DNA of 42,651 nucleotides from an uncultured Syntrophaceae bacterium (GTDB taxonomy: Bacteria; Desulfobacterota; Syntrophia; Syntrophales; PHBD01): positions 1 to 42,651 of the forward strand of contig CAZXMK010000002.1 in the NCBI GenBank assembly GCA_964641935.1. The letters are read 5' to 3'. Shown here in pieces: positions 9,587-18,076 of this stretch. A program made the translations under genes and the position numbers. The notes under the pieces are model-generated. The model worked only from the letters and a program-made list of their open reading frames with translations. It was not told where the DNA came from and ran no database searches. Positions within the stretch are counted from its first letter, which is position 1. The number at the start of each line of letters is the position of its first letter.

Positions 9587-10042
9587 CTATCCGTCCTTCC
9601 TGTCCCAGCAGTACGGAATGTCGTTGTCGTGGGGATCGGCCCGGTATTCATCCGGGTCGTCGTAGCGGTACACCCGGTCGGGAATATTCACCACGATCGC
9701 TTCCTCCACGGAGATGCACTTGAAGCCGTGATAAACATAAGGTGGAATGTGGACCAGGATGGGGTTGTGCTCCCCGGCAAAGAGCTGATTCACTTCCCCG
9801 CAGGTCGGGGAATCCTTTCGGGAATCGTAGAGAACGATCTTCATCATCCCCCGGACGACGGCCATGTTGTCCGACTGCTCCTTGTGATAATGCCAGCCTT
9901 TGACAACCCCGGGATAGGCGGTGGTCATGTAGACCTGCCCGAACGTATGGAACATGTCGTCGTCCGCACGGAGGATCTCCATGAGCCGTCCCCGCTCGTC
10001 GGGGATCACCTTGAGCTTCTTGACCTGTACGCCGTCGATCAT
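9587..10042 (-). CDS. RmlC-like cupin (dTDP-4-dehydrorhamnose 3,5-epimerase-related / sugar epimerase-isomerase family)
   Basis: MIDGVQVKKLKVIPDERGRLMEIL...VKGWHYHKEQSDNMAVV...YHGF is the cupin epimerase pattern. The ATG at 10042 is preceded by GGAGAGG. The track start at 10066 is an alternative. Confidence 0.8.
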   Translation of the reverse strand: MIDGVQVKKLKVIPDERGRLMEILRADDDMFHTFGQVYMTTAYPGVVKGWHYHKEQSDNMAVVRGMMKIVLYDSRKDSPTCGEVNQLFAGEHNPILVHIPPYVYHGFKCISVEEAIVVNIPDRVYRYDDPDEYRADPHDNDIPYCWDRKDG

Positions 10043-10075
10043 GACACCTCTCCGTTCACTTTCCATCCCGCCCCT

Positions 10076-10807
10076 TCACTCCAGGCGGTTCGCCCCTGTT
10101 TTGGCCACCATGTTGGAGGCATAGAGAAGGGATTCGAAGGTACCCGCATCGGACCACCAGCCGTCCAGGATGTTCCACTCCATCTTTCCTTCCCGGATAT
10201 AAAAGTTGTTCACATCGGTGATCTCCAGTTCACCACGCTGGGAAGGCTTCAGGGTCTTGATGAAATCGAATACGCGGCGGTCGTACATGTAAATGCCGAT
10301 GACGGCATACGAGGAGGCCGGATTCGCCGGCTTCTCCTCCACCCGGACAATGCGGTCCCCCTCGAACACGGGAACCCCGAACCGCTGGGGATCGGAAACT
10401 TCCTTGAGCAGGATCCGGGCACCCTCCTTCTGCTCGCGGAAAGCCTGCACGGCCTGACGGATGTTTTTCTCGATGATGTTGTCGCCCAGGATAACGATGA
10501 TGCGGTCGTCATCGGCAAAGTACTCCGCCAGGCTCAGGGCGGCGGCAATGCCCCCTTCCCCTTCCTGGTAGGTATAGTTGATGTGCCTGAGTCCAAAGTC
10601 CTTGCCGTTGCCCAGCAGCCTGAGAAAATCGCCGGAATTCCCGCCGCCCGTCACGACCAGGATTTCGTCGATGCCCGCATTGACGAGGGTCTTGATAGGA
10701 TAATAGATCATCGGTTCGTTATAGACGGGCAGGAGATGCTTGTTGGTCACCTTGGTGAGGGGAAACATCCGGGTCCCCAGCCCTCCCGCCAGTACAATCC
10801 CTTTCAT
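10076..10807 (-). CDS. Sugar-1-phosphate nucleotidyltransferase (short G1P thymidylyl/uridylyltransferase-like)
   Basis: MKGIVLAGGLGTRMFPLTKVTNKHLLPVYNEPMIYYPI is the GxGTRxxPxT NTP-transferase signature. 243 aa. Confidence 0.85.
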   Translation of the reverse strand: MKGIVLAGGLGTRMFPLTKVTNKHLLPVYNEPMIYYPIKTLVNAGIDEILVVTGGGNSGDFLRLLGNGKDFGLRHINYTYQEGEGGIAAALSLAEYFADDDRIIVILGDNIIEKNIRQAVQAFREQKEGARILLKEVSDPQRFGVPVFEGDRIVRVEEKPANPASSYAVIGIYMYDRRVFDFIKTLKPSQRGELEITDVNNFYIREGKMEWNILDGWWSDAGTFESLLYASNMVAKTGANRLE

Positions 10808-10951
10808 GCAGAATCTCCTTTCCTTGCACCGGTTCTTTCAATGGCGCGGGATGTATACCATAAATCCCCCGGATGCCCAACAAAAAGCGTTTTTCTTCCA
10901 GGCCGCGCGTGATATAGGTCGGCGACCGCGGCAGTGAAGGAGCAGATCCGG

Positions 10952-12046
10952 ATGGACAGTGACGAACGATACATGCAAAGGGCCCTTTCCCTGGCGGGGA
11001 GGGGCGAATGCCGGGTCACTCCAAATCCGATGGTGGGAGCCGTCATCGTCCGGGACGGCCGGATCATCGGAGAAGGGTACCACCGATGCTGCGGCAGAGA
11101 ACATGCTGAAATCAATGCTCTCCGAGCGGCCTCGGAGCCCGTGCAAGGGGCGACCGTTTATATCACGCTGGAACCGTGCAGCCATCACGGCCGGACCCCG
11201 CCATGCGTCGAAGCGCTCATCAAACACAAACCGGCCCGCGTCGTCATCGGCACGAAGGATCCGAATCCCCTTGTTGCCGGTGACGGAATCGCCGCCCTGG
11301 AGCGGGCCGGCATCCTGACGACCGTGGGCGTTCTGGAATCCCGATGCCGGGCTTTGAACGAGCGCTTCTTTACATTCATGGAGACGGGGCGCCCCTTCGT
11401 CACGCTGAAATTCGCCCAGACGCTGGACGGCCGGATCGCCACCTGCACCGGGCATTCCCGCTGGATCAGTTCTCCCCCGTCCCTCGTATTCGCCCATCGT
11501 CTTCGCAGCGTCCACGACGCGATCCTTGTCGGCGCCGGAACCGTCATAGCGGACGATCCGGAACTGACAGTCCGCCTGGTGCGGGGACGCAACCCTCTCC
11601 GGGTCGTTGTCGACGGCTCCCTGCGAATCCCCCTGAAGGCCCGGATCCTTCAGGATGTGAGCGCCGCCGGAACGCTCGTCGCCGTTACCGAACGGGCATC
11701 GAAACGGAAAGTCGATCAGATCAGACACAAGGGCGTTGATGTTTTGGAGGTTTCGAAGAACGCGGCGGGCTGCGTCAATCTGTCCGAACTCTTTATCGCT
11801 CTGGGACGCAAGGGAATCACGTCGGTGCTCGTGGAGGGCGGAGCCGGGGTAATCACGTCGGTTCTTCGGGAACGGCTGGCAGACCGGATCGTCGTCGTGG
11901 TCGCGCCGAAGATCGTCGGCAGGGGAATCGAAGCGGTGGGAGACCTGGCCATCAAGAAGATGGAGGATTCCCTCGGGCTTGCCTGGCAAAGGATCTTCCG
12001 GCGGGGGGACGACATGATCTTCGATGGCCGCCTCCGGGAGCGATAG
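10952..12046 (+). CDS. ribD: Bifunctional riboflavin biosynthesis protein RibD (pyrimidine deaminase / uracil reductase)
   Basis: HAEINAL and PCSHHGRTPPC CMP/dCMP-type zinc deaminase motifs, followed by a RibD_C reductase domain. The ATG at 10952 lies 9 nt after GAAGGAG. The track GTG at 10934 is an alternative. Confidence 0.95.
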   Translation: MDSDERYMQRALSLAGRGECRVTPNPMVGAVIVRDGRIIGEGYHRCCGREHAEINALRAASEPVQGATVYITLEPCSHHGRTPPCVEALIKHKPARVVIGTKDPNPLVAGDGIAALERAGILTTVGVLESRCRALNERFFTFMETGRPFVTLKFAQTLDGRIATCTGHSRWISSPPSLVFAHRLRSVHDAILVGAGTVIADDPELTVRLVRGRNPLRVVVDGSLRIPLKARILQDVSAAGTLVAVTERASKRKVDQIRHKGVDVLEVSKNAAGCVNLSELFIALGRKGITSVLVEGGAGVITSVLRERLADRIVVVVAPKIVGRGIEAVGDLAIKKMEDSLGLAWQRIFRRGDDMIFDGRLRER

Positions 12047-12119
12047 ATGCCTCGCCGGGCGTTCCGGACGCTCTACCCGGAGACCCAGAAATCCTTGTAT
12101 ACATAAGGACATCAAAGAT

Positions 12120-12623
12120 ATGCCCTGGTATGCAATCCATACAAAAAGCCGTCACGAAGACAAGGTCCTCCTGGGGTTGACCCAGAAGTCGATCCACGCC
12201 TTCCTGCCGAAAATGGAGGTATGGAGCAAACGTCAGGATCGGCGGAAAAAGATCCATGTCCCCATGTTTTCTGGATACCTCTTTGCCGAAACGGCCGAGA
12301 TGGACAACTGGACCCGCCTCGACATCCTCAAGACATCCGGCGTCGTTCGCATCCTCGGCCGGCCGAACAGCCAGGATCCGATTCCCGTTCCGGACGACAA
12401 GATCGACGCCATCCAGCGCCTGATCGCCTCCCGCGTGGAGATCCAGCAGATCCAGTATCCGAAGGTGGGAGAACGGGCCTGCATCGTCGACGGCCCTTTC
12501 CGGGGAATTGAGGGCGTCGTCTTGAGGGCCGATTACCAGCAGGAGCTGTTTGTGGTATCCATCGAGCTCCTCCAGCGTTCCGTGGCGATCCGGCTGGAGG
12601 GTTTCCAGGTAGCAAGGATCTGA
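12120..12623 (+). CDS. Specialised NusG paralogue (UpxY/RfaH/LoaP-like transcription antiterminator)
   Basis: MPWYAIHTKSRHEDKV...VPMFSGYLF NGN domain plus a KOW-like GERACIVDGPFRGIEGVV. Start taken at the ATG at 12120, not the 32-aa longer track ORF. Confidence 0.8.
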   Translation: MPWYAIHTKSRHEDKVLLGLTQKSIHAFLPKMEVWSKRQDRRKKIHVPMFSGYLFAETAEMDNWTRLDILKTSGVVRILGRPNSQDPIPVPDDKIDAIQRLIASRVEIQQIQYPKVGERACIVDGPFRGIEGVVLRADYQQELFVVSIELLQRSVAIRLEGFQVARI

Positions 12624-12636
12624 CCAGAATTTCGCC

Positions 12637-12666
12637 TTGACTTTCGGAACGGTTTTTGAATAAAAG
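12637..12666 (+). promoter_or_regulatory. Weak candidate sigma70 promoter ahead of the OFOR operon
   Basis: TTGACT (12637-12642) followed 16-18 nt later by an A/T-rich AATAAAAG. The -10 match is poor. Confidence 0.25.
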
Positions 12667-12708
12667 CCCTCCTGTTTTGTACCTATTCTCCCCCCTACAG
12701 GAGACGGA

Positions 12709-12924
12709 ATGGCACCGAAGGGAAAAATCGTCATTGACCGGAACCTGTGCAAGGAATGCCACCTCTGCATCCAGGCCTGCAAGCAGGGAAACATACATCC
12801 GGGCAAGGAATTCAACCAGAAAGGGTACCGCCCCGTGGAAACGGTGGAGGACGGAAAATGCACCGGCTGCGCCCTGTGCGGCGTGATCTGTCCGGAGGTG
12901 GCCATCGAGGTGTACCGTGAATAA
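12709..12924 (+). CDS. 2-oxoacid:ferredoxin oxidoreductase delta subunit (2x[4Fe-4S] ferredoxin)
   Basis: Two CxxCxxCxxxC(P) motifs (CKECHLCIQAC, CTGCALCGVICP). AGGAGA RBS. Overlaps the next gene. Confidence 0.85.
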   Translation: MAPKGKIVIDRNLCKECHLCIQACKQGNIHPGKEFNQKGYRPVETVEDGKCTGCALCGVICPEVAIEVYRE

Positions 12925-14029
12925 GGTCCTGATGCAGGGAAACTGCGTGATCGGCGAGGCCGCCATCCGGGCGGGCTGCCGCTTCTATGCCGGCTATCCC
13001 ATTACCCCCCAGAACGAGTTGACGGAGTACATGGCGGAGAACCTCCGCAAGGCGGATGGCGGCGTTTTCATCCAGTCGGAGAGCGAGATTGCCGCCATCA
13101 ACATGATCGCCGGGGCCAGCGCCGCCGGCGCCCGGGTGATGACTTCGTCCTCCAGCCCCGGCATATCCCTCAAGCAGGAAGGCATCTCCTCCATGGCCGC
13201 CTGCGAGCTTCCCGGCGTGATCGTCAACATGATGCGCGGGGGCCCAGGCCTGGGCAACATCCGCCCCTCCCAGGGCGACTATTTCCAGGCAACCCGAGGC
13301 GGCGGTCACGGCGACTACCGGACGATCGTCCTGGCACCTGCAACGGGCCAGGAACTGGCGGACCTGACCATGGACGCCTTCGACCTGGCGGACAAATACC
13401 GGACACCGGTCATGATCCTCGCGGACGGAATGATGGGCCAGATGATGGAGCCCGTGGTCTTCCGGAAACCCAAGCCCCGGCAGTATCCGGATTGTTACGT
13501 CCTGAAGGGAGCTGGCGACGGAAAAAGCAAATTCATCCGCGGGCTCATCCTGGACGCCATCGAGATGGAGGAGCACAACTGGAAGCTGGCCCGGAAATAC
13601 AACCTGATCAGCCAGCAGGAGACCCGCTGCGAAATCCACGAGGCGAAAGACGCGGAGATGATGATCGTCGCTTACGGAACCGCCGCCCGGGTCGCCAAGG
13701 GCGCCATCCGCCGTCTCCGCGGCATGAACCTGAAGGTGGGGCTGTTCCGCCCCATCAGCCTGTGGCCTTTTCCCACCCGCGAACTCCGTGAGCTGTCTGA
13801 GCACATCAAGCACTTCATCGTCTTCGAAATGAGCACCGGACAGATGCTGGACGATGTCCGCCTTGCCCTCCAGGGATTCGCCAACATCGATTTCTTCGGT
13901 CGTCCCGGCGGCGTCGTCCCGACACCGGCGGAACTGTCCAACGTCGTATCCCGCCGGTATCCGCAGAAAGATGCCTACGTGGATCGCTTCCTCCGGTTCA
14001 AGGTTGTGGAAGGTCCGTTCGGACCATAA
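12917..14029 (+). CDS. 2-oxoacid:ferredoxin oxidoreductase alpha subunit
   Basis: N-terminal LMQGNCVIGEAAIRAGCRFYAGYPITPQNE, typical of KorA/PorA/VorA. 370 aa. GTG start overlaps the delta stop. Confidence 0.9.
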   Translation: MNKVLMQGNCVIGEAAIRAGCRFYAGYPITPQNELTEYMAENLRKADGGVFIQSESEIAAINMIAGASAAGARVMTSSSSPGISLKQEGISSMAACELPGVIVNMMRGGPGLGNIRPSQGDYFQATRGGGHGDYRTIVLAPATGQELADLTMDAFDLADKYRTPVMILADGMMGQMMEPVVFRKPKPRQYPDCYVLKGAGDGKSKFIRGLILDAIEMEEHNWKLARKYNLISQQETRCEIHEAKDAEMMIVAYGTAARVAKGAIRRLRGMNLKVGLFRPISLWPFPTRELRELSEHIKHFIVFEMSTGQMLDDVRLALQGFANIDFFGRPGGVVPTPAELSNVVSRRYPQKDAYVDRFLRFKVVEGPFGP

Positions 14030-14062
14030 TCCCGGACCAGCCTGTCAAGGATCCGACAAGTC

Positions 14063-14830
14063 ATGAAAAAGATCTTCGGAAGACCCAGAAGTCTAAAAGC
14101 CGCCCCCTACCATTACTGTCCGGGGTGCGGGCACAGCATCGTCCATCGCCTGGTGGCCGAGGTTATCGACGAAATGGACATGCGCGGCAGTTCCATCGGT
14201 GTTCCCCCGGCGGGATGCGCCGTTCTGGCCTACTTCTACTTCGATATCGACATGATCGAGGCACCTCACGGCCGAGGGCCCGCCCTGGCCACGGGGGTAA
14301 AGCGGGTTCTGCCGAAACACCTCGTCTTTTCCTACCAGGGCGACGGCGACCTCGCGGCCATCGGCACCGCGGAGAGTTTCCATGCCGCCAACCGGGGAGA
14401 GAACATCACCATCATTTTCATCAACAACGCCGTCTACGGGATGACAGGCGGCCAGATGGCCCCCACGACCATCCTCGGGCAAAAGACCACGACGTCTCCC
14501 CCGGGCCGGACCCCGCTTCTGGACGGATACCCCGTACGGATCAGTGAGATCCTCGCCCAACTCCGGGGATCGGCCTACATCGAGCGCTGCGCCGTCAACA
14601 GTCCTGCCGCGGTCATAAAGACCAAACGGTCCATCCGGAAGGCCTTCCAGTATCAGATGGACAACCGCGGCTTCAGCATGGTGGAAATCCTCTCCCCCTG
14701 CCCCACGAACTGGAAGATGAGCGCCGTCGACGCCTGCAAGTGGATCGACGAGGTCATGACAAAGGAATTCCCCCTGGGCGTCCTTAAAGACATCGGCGCC
14801 AAAGAGGCCGGGAAGGAGAAGCAGTCATGA
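14063..14830 (+). CDS. 2-oxoacid:ferredoxin oxidoreductase beta subunit (TPP-binding)
   Basis: YCPGCGHSIV cluster-ligand region and a GDGD...NNAVYGMTGGQ thiamine-PP motif. Confidence 0.92.
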   Translation: MKKIFGRPRSLKAAPYHYCPGCGHSIVHRLVAEVIDEMDMRGSSIGVPPAGCAVLAYFYFDIDMIEAPHGRGPALATGVKRVLPKHLVFSYQGDGDLAAIGTAESFHAANRGENITIIFINNAVYGMTGGQMAPTTILGQKTTTSPPGRTPLLDGYPVRISEILAQLRGSAYIERCAVNSPAAVIKTKRSIRKAFQYQMDNRGFSMVEILSPCPTNWKMSAVDACKWIDEVMTKEFPLGVLKDIGAKEAGKEKQS

Positions 14831-15387
14831 ACGTCAAGACCATCTTCTCTGGCTTCGGCGGCCAGGGAGTACTCATGATGGGGTACAGCCTCGCCCACGG
14901 GGCCATGTCGCAGGGTTTTCACGTGACCTACCTGCCCGCCTATGGCGCCGAGATGCGAGGCGGAACGGCCAACTGCACAATCTCCCTGGGGGACGAGGAA
15001 ATCGCCTCCCCCATCGCCTCGGAGCCGGATTACCTGGTCGTCATGAACGCGCCGTCCCTTTACACGTTCCAGAACCGACTGGCCAAGGGCGGCATCCTGT
15101 TCCTGAACGCATCCATCATCGAGGCCCGTCCGACCCGCCGGGATATCACCTTCTACGCCGTGCCCTGCGCGGAGATGGCGGAGCAAGTCGGCAACCCGAG
15201 GGCCGCCAACGTCGTCATGATGGGGGCTTTTCTGCAGAAGACGGGGATCATCCGGCCGGAGATATACATGAAGAGCCTGGAGACCATCATGGGAAGCAAG
15301 AAGAAGGCGATGCACGATTCGAACCGGAAAGCCTTTGATGCCGGGTTCCTCTTTCTCGAATCCGCCGACGGGGGTGCCGGCCGATGA
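14827..15387 (+). CDS. 2-oxoacid:ferredoxin oxidoreductase gamma subunit
   Basis: FSGFGGQGVLMMG...YGAEMRGGTANC is the gamma-subunit signature. ATGA overlap with beta. Confidence 0.9.
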   Translation: MNVKTIFSGFGGQGVLMMGYSLAHGAMSQGFHVTYLPAYGAEMRGGTANCTISLGDEEIASPIASEPDYLVVMNAPSLYTFQNRLAKGGILFLNASIIEARPTRRDITFYAVPCAEMAEQVGNPRAANVVMMGAFLQKTGIIRPEIYMKSLETIMGSKKKAMHDSNRKAFDAGFLFLESADGGAGR

Positions 15388-15815
15388 AGATCGTCAACCA
15401 GATCTCGGTTCTGCTGGACAACGTCCCGGGAACGCTTCTGAAACTATCAAACATCCTGGACAACGAGGGAATCTCGGCCAAGGCGCTGCTCACGGCCAGC
15501 ACCGCCGAAAGCAGCATGGTCCGGCTGGTGGTGAACGAGCCGGAACGGGCCGCCGCCATCCTGATGACATTCGGGTATAATTATGAAGTCACCGCGGTCC
15601 TGGCGGCGGAGGTGCCCGACCACCCGGGAGGAATGAACGCCATCCTCAAACCCTTGGCCGGCAGCGACGTCAATGTCCATTACCTCTATACGACGATCAA
15701 CCGCATCGGCCGGGAGACCATTGTGATCCTGGGCGTGGACAAGATCGAGGAAGCGGCCCGGATCCTGAAGCAGAACTGGGTACGCATCGTGGGCGAAGAG
15801 ATATACTCCCTGTAA
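15384..15815 (+). CDS. Tandem ACT-domain protein (small-molecule/amino-acid-binding regulator)
   Basis: Two ACT-like halves (ISVLLDNVPGTLLKLSNIL... and LAAEVPDHPGGMNAILKPL...). ATGA overlap with the gamma subunit implies translational coupling. Confidence 0.8.
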   Translation: MKIVNQISVLLDNVPGTLLKLSNILDNEGISAKALLTASTAESSMVRLVVNEPERAAAILMTFGYNYEVTAVLAAEVPDHPGGMNAILKPLAGSDVNVHYLYTTINRIGRETIVILGVDKIEEAARILKQNWVRIVGEEIYSL

Positions 15816-15896
15816 CAAGCCGCTGAAAACGTCCACCTCGACACGCCGGCTCCACACCGATCGACACAGGAAACACACTTCATACGTCTGCATTAT

Positions 15897-15928
15897 AAAA
15901 GGGAACGGTTTAGAATCCGTTCCCTTTT
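15897..15928. terminator. Bidirectional intrinsic terminator between the ACT gene (+) and engB (-)
   Basis: AAAA-GGGAACGG-TTTAGAAT-CCGTTCCC-TTTT: an 8-bp GC-rich stem flanked by an A-run and a T-run. Confidence 0.75.
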
Positions 15929-16040
15929 ATTCTTTGTGTCACGGCACGGGGTCGATCAGGAGCATTCTCGCCGGCATTTCAGAAAGCAGGCTTGTTTTTT
16001 TGCGCACCCCTGAGGGAAATCCGTTTTCTTCGGCGAACGT

Positions 16041-16613
16041 TCAGAGCACCCGCCGGCGGATTTCCCCCCACAGGGCGTTTTTGCCGGCCCCCGTCCGGGC
16101 TGAAACCATCGGGAGGGGCTCCTTCCACCCGATCGCCGAGCGGATGATCCGTTCCCGAGCCATCTGCTGAGTCCGGGAAAGGGTGTCGACTTTCGTGAGG
16201 ACGACCAGCGTCGGATTCTTCTGGAGAGCTAGCCATTCCAAGAGTGCCTGATCGTCCATGGTGACATCGCGGCGGATGTCCAGCAGAAGAACGAGGAGCT
16301 TCAAGGAATCCCTGTCCGTCAGGTACCCCTCGATCAGGGGCCCCCAGTCCTCCCGAAGGGACCGGGCAACCCGGGCGAAGCCATACCCGGGAAGGTCCGC
16401 AAAAAGAAACTCGTCATCGACGCGGAAAAACTGGATCGCCCTTGTCTTCCCGGGGGCCTTGCTTGTTCTGGCCAGGCCCCGGCGATTCAGAAGAGCGTTG
16501 ATCAGGGACGATTTCCCGACGTTGGAGCGACCGGCAAAGGCTATCTCGGGGAGACCCTCCCGGGGAAACTGGGAAGGATCGGCGGCGGTTCCTGCAAAAA
16601 CGGCCTGGGTCAT
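16041..16613 (-). CDS. engB: Ribosome biogenesis GTP-binding protein YihA/YsxC
   Basis: G1 GRSNVGKSSLINAL, G3 DLPGYG, G4 LTKVD. 190 aa. Confidence 0.93.
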   Translation of the reverse strand: MTQAVFAGTAADPSQFPREGLPEIAFAGRSNVGKSSLINALLNRRGLARTSKAPGKTRAIQFFRVDDEFLFADLPGYGFARVARSLREDWGPLIEGYLTDRDSLKLLVLLLDIRRDVTMDDQALLEWLALQKNPTLVVLTKVDTLSRTQQMARERIIRSAIGWKEPLPMVSARTGAGKNALWGEIRRRVL

Positions 16614-16661
16614 TCTAAAGGACTTTCCTGTTTCGATCGGCGGACTTTCGATCCTCCCGAA

Positions 16662-18053
16662 TCATTCCTTTTCAAAGTTGATGCCGTACTTCTCGAGCTT
16701 TCGCTCGAATGTGGGCCGGGAGATGCCGAGGCTCTCACAGATTTCTCCTTTGTTCCGGCCTCCATCGGCCAGAATCCTGCGGATCTGGTCCTCCTCCAGT
16801 TCGTCCAGGGTCATGATCTTCCCAGAGGAACTCCGGTACGGCAGCTTCTCTTTCTCCGCTTTTTCTCCGGGACCCGCCCCGGTTTTCTCGTCCTCCAGGA
16901 GTTCCGGGAAATCGCCCTTTCCCAGGACCTGCCCCTTGGCGACAACCGCCGCCCGGACCAGCAGGTTTTCCAGCTCCCGGACGTTGCCGGGCCAGTCGTA
17001 CTTCATGAAGACATCCATCATTTCCTCGGACACGCTCACGATCCGCTTGTGGAGGTCCACGTTGATCTTCGCCAGGAGGTAGTCGACAAGGGAGGGGATA
17101 TCCTCCCTCCGCTCCCGCAGGGCGGGAATCCGGATCGACACGATGTTCAGCCGGTAATAGAGATCCTCCCTGAATTTCCCCTCCTCCACCAGGGTCTTCA
17201 GATCCCTGTTGGTCGCGGCGATGACCCGGGCGTGAACGGGCACCCGGTCCTTTCCCCCGACCCGCTCGAACTCCATCTCCTGAAGGATCCGGAGGAGCTT
17301 GGCCTGAAGATTGAGGGACATCTCGCTGATCTCGTCGAGGAAAACGGTTCCCTGCCTGGCCAATTCGAATTTCCCGAGTTTGCGCGTGAACGCGCCCGTG
17401 AAGGATCCCTTCTCGTGGCCGAAGAGCTCCGACTCCAGCAAGGTCTCGACGATGGCGGAACAGTTGATGGCGATATACGGCTCGTCGGGCGACGTATTGT
17501 TGTGAATGACCCGGGCGATCAGTTCCTTGCCGGTACCGCTCTCGCCCTGGACCAGGACCGTGGTCTTGCTCTGGGAGACCACGCCGATGGTCTTGAAGAT
17601 CTCCCTCATCAGCCGTCCCGCGCCGATGATGTCTCCCACCTTGAAGCGCCGGGAGGGCTCCATGAGGAGGCCGTCGATCTTCTTTTCCATCTCGTTGGTC
17701 TTGAGGGCCTTTTTGATGGCCACGTCCAGTTCGTCGACATTGACGGGCTTGTGGATGTAATCGAAGGCGCCGCCTTTCATGGCCTTGATGGTCGAGTCCA
17801 TGTCGTGGTGGGCCGTGATCATGATGACTTTCACGTTCTCGTTTTCTTCCCGGAGATCCTCCAGAACCGTGAAGCCGTCGATGTCCGGCAGACGGATGTC
17901 CAGGATTACCACGTCGGTTGGACCCTCCACGTATCGGTTGAGACCGGATGTCCCGGTATTGGCCGTCACCACTTCATATCCCTCTTCCGTAAGGTACATC
18001 TCGAGGGTTTCACAGATGGATTCGTCGTCATCGATGACAAGAATCTTGGCCAT
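16662..18053 (-). CDS. Sigma54-dependent response regulator (NtrC family: REC + AAA+ + Fis-type HTH)
   Basis: MAKILVIDDD...ILDIRLPDIDG receiver, GESGTGKE Walker A, GSFTGA sigma54-contact loop, C-terminal ICESLGISRPTFERKL HTH. The ATG at 18053 is preceded by GAGGAG. Confidence 0.93.
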   Translation of the reverse strand: MAKILVIDDDESICETLEMYLTEEGYEVVTANTGTSGLNRYVEGPTDVVILDIRLPDIDGFTVLEDLREENENVKVIMITAHHDMDSTIKAMKGGAFDYIHKPVNVDELDVAIKKALKTNEMEKKIDGLLMEPSRRFKVGDIIGAGRLMREIFKTIGVVSQSKTTVLVQGESGTGKELIARVIHNNTSPDEPYIAINCSAIVETLLESELFGHEKGSFTGAFTRKLGKFELARQGTVFLDEISEMSLNLQAKLLRILQEMEFERVGGKDRVPVHARVIAATNRDLKTLVEEGKFREDLYYRLNIVSIRIPALRERREDIPSLVDYLLAKINVDLHKRIVSVSEEMMDVFMKYDWPGNVRELENLLVRAAVVAKGQVLGKGDFPELLEDEKTGAGPGEKAEKEKLPYRSSSGKIMTLDELEEDQIRRILADGGRNKGEICESLGISRPTFERKLEKYGINFEKE

Positions 18054-18076
18054 TCCGTCGCTCCTCTGGATCCGGC

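Noticed and set aside
9197-10912. 571-aa plus-strand ORF spanning pilD, the cupin gene and the nucleotidyltransferase. The analogous 592-aa ORF 39983..41761 spans nfnA and the HydG-like gene.
   Set aside because: The minus-strand genes beneath each happen to share the same reading frame, so the codon-aligned shadow frame runs through them and the short spacers. The ORFs have no RBS, no motifs and a shadow-type amino-acid composition.
10808-10951. FMN riboswitch expected upstream of ribD.
   Set aside because: The spacer is short and divergent, and it lacks the conserved RFN core strings (such as GGGGTGAAATTCC or CCGACAGT-like segments).
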